Assembly: GCF_000025665.1 (NCBI RefSeq)
Contig: NC_013926.1
Location: forward strand, 450,001-482,000
DNA length: 32,000 nt
From: Aciduliprofundum boonei T469
GTDB lineage: Archaea; Thermoplasmatota; Thermoplasmata; Thermoplasmatales; Aciduliprofundaceae
Direction: 5' to 3'
The translations under genes and the position numbers were made by a program. Shown piece after piece: positions 1 through 5,821 of the stretch; the first letter of the stretch is position 1; each line of letters begins with the position of its first letter. The notes beneath the pieces are model-generated. The model made no database searches, was not told the origin of the DNA, and saw nothing but the letters and a program-made list of their open reading frames with translations.

Positions 1-255
1 GAATCTGATAGAATAGGTGTGGAATTGAATACGAGTATGAATTACACAAAACTTGGCACTTACTACTATCGCCTTGCAGAAGATATATTCAAAGAGATGA
101 AAAATTACAAAATCCCGATATCTGTGGGAAGCGATATGCATGAGGATATTGAGAGAGTTGATGATGTTAAAGATGCACTTTCATTCATCCAAGAATTACA
201 TCTTGAAGATAACCTAAAATTGTTCTTGAAGGAGGTGAGTGAGAATGAAGGATAG
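1..255 (+). CDS. PHP-domain phosphoesterase (HisJ/histidinol-phosphatase-like), C-terminal fragment; 5' end is outside the window
   Basis: Frame +1 is open from base 1 to TAG 253-255. The tail 'ELNTS...ISVGSDMHEDIERV' resembles the last metal-binding strand (GSDxH) of PHP/HisJ-type phosphatases. The call rests on a fragment only. Confidence 0.5.
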   Translation, partial: ESDRIGVELNTSMNYTKLGTYYYRLAEDIFKEMKNYKIPISVGSDMHEDIERVDDVKDALSFIQELHLEDNLKLFLKEVSENEG

Positions 256-1048
256 AGTTGCGATTGTTTGTGGTGCAAGCAAGGGCATGGGTAAAGCAAT
301 AGCGAAAGAGTTTGCAAAGAATGGAGCCAAGGTTGTCCTCGTGGCCCGTAATGAAGAGAATCTCCTAAAAACTATGCAAGAAATAACAGCAGAAAATGTA
401 CAGAGGTTTGATAAGGGAATCACAAATAGGGTCTTGGCCATCCCAGGAGATGTTAGAAACAAGGATGATATTAAAAGAGTGATTAAAGAAACTGTAGATG
501 AATTTGGTGCAATACATATCCTTGTAAATAATGCCGGTGGTCCACCAGCAGGATATTTTGAGGATTTCAAAGATGATGACTGGTACAACGCATTTAACTT
601 AACATTTATGAGTGTAGTTAGATTCATACGCGAGGTTGCACCCTACATGAAAAATCAAAAGTATGGAAGAATAATAAACATAACATCCATGAGCGTGAAA
701 CAACCGATAGATAATCTAATTCTTTCTAACACGATGCGCCTTGCTGTGGTTGGCTTAGCAAAGACCCTAGCAACTCAGTGGGCAAAGTATGGAATCACAA
801 TAAACAACATAGCTCCTGGACCAATATACACTGAGAGAATTAAAGAATTGTCGTGGAGCATAGCTGAGAAAAAGGGCATTACCTACGAAGAAGCTTTAAA
901 AAGTTGGATTAAGGAAGTCCCTGCAGAGAGATTTGGTGAGCCTGAGGAGGTTGCCTATCTCGCCTCTTTCATAGCTTCCGAGCGTGCTGGTTATATAAAC
1001 GGAACGACCATTCAAATAGACGGTGGCACAATAAAATTCGTTCTTTAA
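245..1048 (+). CDS. Short-chain dehydrogenase/reductase (FabG/BKR-like SDR) with a non-canonical catalytic dyad
   Basis: Rossmann motif 'VCGASKGMGKAIA', plus 'NNAGG' and 'NITSMS'. ATG 245 is preferred over the track's GTG 239 because GGAGGTGA (231-238) lies 7 nt upstream. The Y-x3-K position reads S-N-T-M-R. Confidence 0.85.
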   Translation: MKDRVAIVCGASKGMGKAIAKEFAKNGAKVVLVARNEENLLKTMQEITAENVQRFDKGITNRVLAIPGDVRNKDDIKRVIKETVDEFGAIHILVNNAGGPPAGYFEDFKDDDWYNAFNLTFMSVVRFIREVAPYMKNQKYGRIINITSMSVKQPIDNLILSNTMRLAVVGLAKTLATQWAKYGITINNIAPGPIYTERIKELSWSIAEKKGITYEEALKSWIKEVPAERFGEPEEVAYLASFIASERAGYINGTTIQIDGGTIKFVL

Positions 1049-2172
1049 TCTCTCTTTTCTCCAATTTTGAAAATTATTGCTCCAAGAAATGCAATTACAA
1101 AGGAAAAGATCATAAGATAACGGTACTGGTTTACAATGCTCATAAACACTCCTCCAAGAATTGGGCCTAAGAATGCACCTATACCTATTGATGAATTCAA
1201 TAACCCTGTGGCTGTTGCCTTTTCCCTATTTTTAGTAGTCAGGTAATTAAGAGAGCCCACATAGAGGAATGCCCAAGAGGTTGCGAGCATAACCTGAACA
1301 GGTATCATCTCCCAAACATTCGTGATTATAGAATACGATAGAAATGTAAGCGCGGATAAAACCAAGCCCCACAAAATCAAACTCGAACTTCTCTTTGTGT
1401 CTGCATAATAAAACATGATGAAAAATTGTGCTGTGGAGTTTATTCCCATCGTGGCAGCCTGCCAGAAAGAGTTTCCTCCGATGGATTTAACAAAGAGGGG
1501 CCAGTAAGCCCAAATCATCGTAGCTGCAGAGTGCCTGAATATGTAGCCAAGATAAAGGTTCCAGTTTCTTTTTATAACCCCAAGAGGTATCTTGGGCACC
1601 TTCTCAACTCTAACTCCAGTATCTTTAATCCCCGAGGATATTGCAAAGGCTATTAAAAAAATCAAAGATGAAAAAATATAAGTTGCTTTGAGTCCAAAAA
1701 AGAGGGAAACTATGCCCGCTATGTAAGAGCCCATTGCCCATCCTGCTGCTCCAAACGCCGATAACTTTCCCATCCTCATATTTTCATCATGAGCCAGCGA
1801 GATTATCGCTGCTGGAAATATTCCTGCTGCAAATCCAGCGAGCACTCGAAGGAGTAAGAGCGAGTAATAATTCCAGTAAAAATACTGAAAGAGAAATGCG
1901 ATAGATGCAACGAGAAATCCAGAAATAATGAATATCTTTCTCCCATGCAAATCTGCCAAACGACCAAAAATCATAGAGGATAGAAAATAAGCAAGATTGT
2001 AAAATGAGAAAACTAACGCTATCTCCATAGCACTTGCTCCCACACTGGCCGCTAAGGATGGCGTGTAAGTTATAGAGAGCATTAGCGCAGTGTATGTTGC
2101 CACCTGTATTGCGTATATCTTCTTCTCCACAGTTGAGCCATGCATTATGGGTTTAATTGCTTTTCCATACAA
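1045..2172 (-). CDS. Major facilitator superfamily (MFS) transporter
   Basis: The 375-aa protein is almost entirely hydrophobic helices. It carries the MFS loop signature 'GRLADLHGRK'. The start is uncertain (M1 at 2172 or M10 at 2145). Its stop overlaps the SDR stop by 4 nt, convergently. Confidence 0.8.
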   Translation of the reverse strand: MYGKAIKPIMHGSTVEKKIYAIQVATYTALMLSITYTPSLAASVGASAMEIALVFSFYNLAYFLSSMIFGRLADLHGRKIFIISGFLVASIAFLFQYFYWNYYSLLLLRVLAGFAAGIFPAAIISLAHDENMRMGKLSAFGAAGWAMGSYIAGIVSLFFGLKATYIFSSLIFLIAFAISSGIKDTGVRVEKVPKIPLGVIKRNWNLYLGYIFRHSAATMIWAYWPLFVKSIGGNSFWQAATMGINSTAQFFIMFYYADTKRSSSLILWGLVLSALTFLSYSIITNVWEMIPVQVMLATSWAFLYVGSLNYLTTKNREKATATGLLNSSIGIGAFLGPILGGVFMSIVNQYRYLMIFSFVIAFLGAIIFKIGEKRD

Positions 2173-2179
2173 ATTTGCG

Positions 2180-2191
2180 TTAATTTAATAT
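2180..2191 (+). promoter_or_regulatory. TATA-like box upstream of tRNA-Gly; may also serve the divergent MFS gene
   Basis: The sequence ttaatttaatat is centred about 30 nt upstream of tRNA position 1 (2216). Confidence 0.4.
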
Positions 2192-2215
2192 CCCCTTTCC
2201 CATATTACCCAATAA

Positions 2216-2287
2216 GCGGGTGTAGTCTAGTGGTTAGGACGGAGGCTTCCCAAGCCCCTGACCCGGGTTCAAATCCCGGCACCCGCA
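2216..2287 (+). tRNA. tRNA-Gly (anticodon CCC, 2249-2251), no intron, CCA not encoded
   Basis: Manual cloverleaf: acceptor GCGGGTG/CACCCGC, D arm GTCT..GGAC, anticodon loop TTCCCAA, T arm CCGGG-TTCAAAT-CCCGG, discriminator A at 2287. The anticodon stem has one A:C mismatch (28:42). Confidence 0.9.
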
Positions 2288-2290
2288 CTA

Positions 2291-2399
2291 AGCCCCTTTC
2301 TTAGAAAGAAAGGTGCTTTACCCTCAAAGAAACTTTTCAGTGGCAGGTGGTAAAGGAATTCGCTGGTGGTTCCTGATAAACGGCTTTACCCGGAAAGAA
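2291..2399 (+). repeat. Rearranged paralogue of the tRNA-Asp intron interior, in the 3' flank of tRNA-Gly
   Basis: 2291-2333 matches 4188-4230 at 38/43 positions, with the first 22 nt identical (agcccctttcttagaaagaaag). 2381-2399 is identical to 4210-4228 (cggctttacccggaaagaa). Two 'gctttaccc' cores flank a unique 57-nt segment (2324-2380). Confidence 0.85.
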
Positions 2400-2431
2400 C
2401 TGTGTTTCATCCCAAATTAGCTTTTAATCCA

Positions 2432-2441
2432 AATATATTTA
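2432..2441 (+). promoter_or_regulatory. TATA-like box for lat
   Basis: The sequence aatatattta is centred about 29 nt upstream of ATG 2466. Confidence 0.4.
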
Positions 2442-2465
2442 TTGCGGGTTACTATATCCCCAACC

Positions 2466-3785
2466 ATGATATCGCCAAAGGAAGTTCATAAGATTTTAGG
2501 AGAGAGGATACTCACAGATGGTTTAGATATGGTTCTGGACATTGAAAAGAGTCACGGTATGTGGCTCTACGATGCGAGGCACAGCAAATACTTTTTAGAT
2601 TTCTTCGGATTCTTTGCAACCAGTGCTTTGGGAATGAACCATCCAGGGATGTTTGAGCCCGAGTTTTTAAAGAAATTGCAGAGAACGGCCATTAATAAAA
2701 TCACGAATAGTGATATATACACGGTTGAATACGCCGAGTTTGTGGATACTCTTTCTAAGTACGCCACACCATCTTATTTCAAGTACTTCTTCTTTGTATC
2801 AGGTGGAGCTTTAGCGGTGGAGAATGCTCTGAAAACTGCCTTTGACTGGCGTGTGCGTAAAAACATTGCTAATGGAAAAGGAGATAACACACAGAATCTC
2901 AAAGTAATTCACCTGAAAGAAGCTTTCCATGGTCGCAGTGGATATACACTTGCCCTGACAAATACATTTGACCCGAACAAAACGAAGTACTTCCCCAAGT
3001 TCGAGTGGCCTCGGGTTACAAATCCTAAAATAACATTCCCACTAGAAGGAGAGAACCTTGAAAAGGTTAAAGAACTTGAAAAACAGAGCTTGGAGGAGAT
3101 ACAGAATGCCATAGACAAGTACCAAGATGACATAGCTGCATTTATCATAGAGCCCATTCAGGGAGAAGGTGGAGACAATCATTTCCGTAAAGAGTATTTC
3201 CAAGAAGTTCAGGAACTCCTCCACAAGAACGATGTGATGTTCATAGTAGATGAGGTTCAAACTGGTGTTGGTGCCACAGGTAAGTGGTGGGCTCACGAGC
3301 ATTTTGAGGTGCAGCCAGATATAATGGCCTTCGGCAAGAAAATGAAGGTCTGTGGCATAATGGTAGGACCTAAAGTGGACGAAATAGAGGATAATGTGTT
3401 CCATGTGCCAAGCAGGATTAACTCCACCTGGGGTGGAAACATAGTGGACATGGTAAAAGCAAAGAGGATCATAGAAATAATTCACGAGGATAAGCTTGTG
3501 GAAAATGCTGCAAAGATGGGCGAGTACATGCTCAAAATGCTTCATGAACTTGAGGAAAAATATCCAGACAAGGTAAGCAATGTTCGCGGCCGCGGCATAT
3601 TCGATGCCTTTGATCTCGCCACCACAGAGATGCGCGACAAGTTCTTCATAGAATCTTACAAGAATGGTCTACTCGTTCTAAAGAGCGGAGCTCGCGGTAT
3701 AAGGTTCCGCCCACCTTTGATAATAACAGAGGATGAGATAAACATAGCCCACGAGATTATGGACCGCACTCTCCGCTTCCTCTGA
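2466..3785 (+). CDS. lat: L-lysine 6-transaminase (class III PLP aminotransferase, LAT type)
   Basis: Strong full-length resemblance to actinobacterial LAT: 'DGLDMVLD', 'TSALGMNHP', 'GGALAVENALKTAFDW', 'AFHGRSGYTLALTNT', 'EPIQGEGGDNHF', 'DEVQTGVG', 'AFGKKMKVCGIM', 'PSRINSTWGGN'. ATG 2466 is preferred over the track's TTG 2442. Confidence 0.85.
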   Translation: MISPKEVHKILGERILTDGLDMVLDIEKSHGMWLYDARHSKYFLDFFGFFATSALGMNHPGMFEPEFLKKLQRTAINKITNSDIYTVEYAEFVDTLSKYATPSYFKYFFFVSGGALAVENALKTAFDWRVRKNIANGKGDNTQNLKVIHLKEAFHGRSGYTLALTNTFDPNKTKYFPKFEWPRVTNPKITFPLEGENLEKVKELEKQSLEEIQNAIDKYQDDIAAFIIEPIQGEGGDNHFRKEYFQEVQELLHKNDVMFIVDEVQTGVGATGKWWAHEHFEVQPDIMAFGKKMKVCGIMVGPKVDEIEDNVFHVPSRINSTWGGNIVDMVKAKRIIEIIHEDKLVENAAKMGEYMLKMLHELEEKYPDKVSNVRGRGIFDAFDLATTEMRDKFFIESYKNGLLVLKSGARGIRFRPPLIITEDEINIAHEIMDRTLRFL

Positions 3786-3806
3786 TTCTTTTTTCTGATT
3801 TTGTTT
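3786..3806 (+). terminator. Oligo-T tract after lat, a candidate archaeal terminator
   Basis: The sequence ttcttttttctgattttgttt follows the TGA stop directly. Archaeal RNA polymerase terminates at T-runs. Confidence 0.35.
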
Positions 3807-3991
3807 GGTATGTCTTCTTTCCCTCAGATATCCGCCTAGGATTCTGTAAAGTAGGTTGTTTTTGCTATAAAAATCATTTAGAAGATATCCATGATTAACC
3901 CCTATTTTTTCAAGCTGCAGAAATTAGAGAACCAAGCAGGATGTTTGACAATAGGAGAACATGAGATAAGTTCACAAGTTAACGGGGTGAG

Positions 3992-4065
3992 TGGACCGGG
4001 CGGGACTCGAACCCGCGGCCTCCACATTGCGAATGTGGCGATCTACCGGGCTGATCTACCGGCCC
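3992..4065 (-). tRNA. tRNA-Ala (anticodon CGC; plus-strand gcg 4029-4031)
   Basis: The reverse complement folds as GGGCCGG-TA-GATC..GATC-G-CCACA-TTCGCAA-TGTGG-AGGCC-GCGGG-TTCGAGT-CCCGC-CCGGTCC-A. The G3:U70 alanine identity pair is present. Confidence 0.92.
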
Positions 4066-4086
4066 TTGTGGTGGCAATTCGCAGAG

Positions 4087-4098
4087 ATTATAAAAATA
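4087..4098 (-). promoter_or_regulatory. TATA box for tRNA-Ala
   Basis: The plus-strand sequence attataaaaata is centred about 27 nt upstream of the tRNA-Ala 5' end (4065). Confidence 0.5.
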
Positions 4099-4116
4099 TT
4101 GCGTCTCTCAAAAATC

Positions 4117-4124
4117 TTTATATA
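4117..4124 (+). promoter_or_regulatory. TATA box for tRNA-Asp
   Basis: The sequence tttatata is centred about 28 nt upstream of tRNA-Asp position 1 (4149). Confidence 0.5.
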
Positions 4125-4148
4125 TTCTTTTTCATTTCGCTGCTTGCT

Positions 4149-4276
4149 GCCCCGGTAGTGTAGCGGCCTATCATGCGGGCCTGTCGTAGCCCCTTTCTTA
4201 GAAAGAAAGCGGCTTTACCCGGAAAGAAAGGGGTTATAGATAGCCCGCGACCCGGGTTCAAATCCCGGCCGGGGCG
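4149..4276 (+). tRNA. tRNA-Asp (anticodon GUC, 4183-4185) interrupted by a 55-nt intron at canonical position 37/38
   Basis: The exons give GCCCCGG-TA-GTGTAGCGGCCTATCAT-G-CGGGC-CTGTCGA-GCCCG-CGAC-CCGGG-TTCAAAT-CCCGG-CCGGGGC-G, closely resembling other archaeal tRNA-Asp genes. CCA is not encoded. Confidence 0.9.
4187..4241 (+). other. tRNA-Asp intron with an hBHBh' splicing motif
   Basis: The motif has four parts. Anticodon stem: 4176-4180/4243-4247. Central 4-bp helix: 4181-4184 paired with 4236-4239. Two 3-nt bulges: 4185-4187 and 4240-4242. Intron helix of 12 bp: 4188-4199/4224-4235. Confidence 0.85.
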
Positions 4277-4341
4277 CTATAAACAATTCTGAAGATTTCT
4301 CATGGAAAACTTTGAAATACCAACTTTTCTATAGATAAACA

Positions 4342-4503
4342 ATGCAAAAGATGCTAAAATGTCCAAAATGTGGCTATGAATTCAAAGCACCAAGAATGGA
4401 CAAAAAGGATTTTGGATATGGCTGGACATTTCCTTATATGGGTGTTATTGAATGCCCCAGGTGCCATTATCGAGCTCCTCGCAAAGAGTTTGAAAATATT
4501 TAG
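4342..4503 (+). CDS. Small zinc-ribbon protein (53 aa), absent from the ORF track
   Basis: ATG 4342 to TAG 4501-4503 translates to MQKMLKCPKCGYEFKAPRMDKKDFGYGWTFPYMGVIECPRCHYRAPRKEFENI, with two CPxC knuckles 28 residues apart. An alternative start is M4 (4351). It overlaps the aspS stop convergently by 4 nt. Confidence 0.55.
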   Translation: MQKMLKCPKCGYEFKAPRMDKKDFGYGWTFPYMGVIECPRCHYRAPRKEFENI

Positions 4504-5786
4504 GGCACTAACCTCGTTCTATCCCTTGGGAATATCACGCATTCCCTTATGTTCTTCACTCCGGTTATTATCATAACCAATCGCTCAAGCCCGAGACCCC
4601 AGCCAGCGTGGGGTGGCATGCCGTAGCGGAATGCTCGGAGGTAATACTCAAAATTCTCTGGGTTCAAGCCCTTGGAGCGCATGACCTCAACTAGGCTTTC
4701 ATACACATGATTTCTCTGGGCTCCCGATGTTATCTCCCTCTCCCCGTACATAAGGTCAAAGGCGTGGGAATACTTCCCATCAGGTAGCACATAAAAGGGC
4801 TTTATCTCCATGGGCCACCTCGTTATGAAATAAAATTCCTGGAGTTCAGAGCCTAGGGCCTTCAATGCCTCTGTAGAGAAATCCTCCCCCCACTCCATAT
4901 CAATACCCTTCTTCCTAACGATCTCTAGGGCCTCATCGTAGGTTATCCTCTTAAAGGGCAGAGATGGTACCTCCCAATTCATTCCTAAAATTTCCATTTC
5001 TTCCTTTCTTTCCTCTTTCAATTTTTTTATGGCGTTAACTATGCTTCCCTCAAGCATATACATAGCATCTTCCTCATCCGCAAAGCTCATCTCTATGTCT
5101 ATTGATATGAATTCATTTAGATGCCTCGTTGTGTTGTGCTCCTCAGCTCTAAATGCTGGGGCAACTTCCAGAACTCTATCTAAACCTGCAGCCATCAAAA
5201 CCTGCTTATAAAGTTGTGGACTTTGATTTAAATAAGCATCTTTCTCAAAGTACTTCACAGGGAAAAGCTCCGTACCTCCCTCGGTAGCAGTAGCCACGAT
5301 TTTCGGAGTATGTACCTCCACAAAGTTCTGGTTTAGAAGATATTCTCTTATCCCCTGCAAAATCGTGCTGCGTATTTCAAAAACTGCTAGAACTTCCCTC
5401 TTTCTCAAATCTAGGAAACGATTCTCTATTCGAGTTTCCAAATCAGCAGATACTTTGTCTGCAACACCCAGGGGCAATGGACTCTCTGCCCTGTTCAAAA
5501 CTTCGATTTCCTCTGGCAATATTTCAAATCCAAGTTTTGCCTGCTTCGTTTTCTGTACTTTACCCTTAGCGCATATAACACTCTCTCGTGTCAATTTTGT
5601 ATATTCTTTAAACTTCTCTTTTCCAACAATACTGCGAATAAGAGTTAACTGCGCAAAACCATAGCGATCTCGGAGAATTATAAATGCTATCTTTCCCAGA
5701 ACTCTTATATCGTGAATCCAGCCGCATACTTTAACTTCCTCCCCGTCTAACTGGGCTGCCTCTTTGGTGGTGTGTGTTCGGAGCAT
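4500..5786 (-). CDS. aspS: Aspartate--tRNA ligase, archaeal type
   Basis: OB-fold N-terminus 'VKVCGWIHDIRVLGKIAFIILRDRYG' and class II motifs ('FRAEEHNTTRHLNEF', 'GLGLERL'). Start M7 (5786) is preferred over 5804 because a TATA-like box (5807-5816) lies about 26 nt upstream and the N-terminus 'MLRTH' matches archaeal AspRS. Confidence 0.92.
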   Translation of the reverse strand: MLRTHTTKEAAQLDGEEVKVCGWIHDIRVLGKIAFIILRDRYGFAQLTLIRSIVGKEKFKEYTKLTRESVICAKGKVQKTKQAKLGFEILPEEIEVLNRAESPLPLGVADKVSADLETRIENRFLDLRKREVLAVFEIRSTILQGIREYLLNQNFVEVHTPKIVATATEGGTELFPVKYFEKDAYLNQSPQLYKQVLMAAGLDRVLEVAPAFRAEEHNTTRHLNEFISIDIEMSFADEEDAMYMLEGSIVNAIKKLKEERKEEMEILGMNWEVPSLPFKRITYDEALEIVRKKGIDMEWGEDFSTEALKALGSELQEFYFITRWPMEIKPFYVLPDGKYSHAFDLMYGEREITSGAQRNHVYESLVEVMRSKGLNPENFEYYLRAFRYGMPPHAGWGLGLERLVMIITGVKNIRECVIFPRDRTRLVP

Positions 5787-5806
5787 GAAGGCAAATCTCC
5801 GCATTT

Positions 5807-5816
5807 TATTTAAAAT
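5807..5816 (-). promoter_or_regulatory. TATA-like box for a leaderless aspS transcript
   Basis: The plus-strand ttatttaaaa (minus-strand ttttaaataa) is centred about 25.5 nt upstream of ATG 5786. Confidence 0.45.
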
Positions 5817-5821
5817 ATTAC

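Noticed and set aside
2241-2258. An A28:C42 mismatch in the tRNA-Gly anticodon stem, raising the question of a pseudogene.
   Set aside because: All other stems, the conserved D-loop and T-loop nucleotides and the promoter are intact. A single A:C opposition is tolerated in functional tRNAs.
3786-3991. A 205-nt non-coding gap searched on both strands for a C/D-box or H/ACA sRNA.
   Set aside because: There is no consensus C box (RUGAUGA). Only weak 'atgatt' strings and isolated CUGA tetramers occur, and no ACA-terminated hairpin is obvious. The gap is best explained as the lat terminator plus the tRNA-Ala trailer.
3891-4163. A 90-aa plus-strand ORF in the supplied track.
   Set aside because: It runs straight through the tRNA-Ala gene (3992-4065), both tRNA promoters and the first bases of tRNA-Asp. 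It is a chance ORF over RNA genes.
2216-4276. Possible integrated mobile element bounded by tRNA-derived direct repeats, based on 21 nt (gacccgggttcaaatcccggc) shared by tRNA-Gly and tRNA-Asp.
   Set aside because: The shared 21-mer is the variable-loop/T-arm region, which is near-invariant among archaeal tRNAs, so it is not an att-type duplication. No integrase, excisionase or other element genes are present, and the segment holds only lat and tRNA-Ala. The separate intron-like repeat is reported as a finding.
4370-4576. A 68-aa plus-strand ORF in the supplied track.
   Set aside because: It lies in a different frame from the zinc-ribbon ORF (4342-4503), which has a clear CPxC...CPxC signature. 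Its second half is antisense to the conserved C-terminus of aspS.
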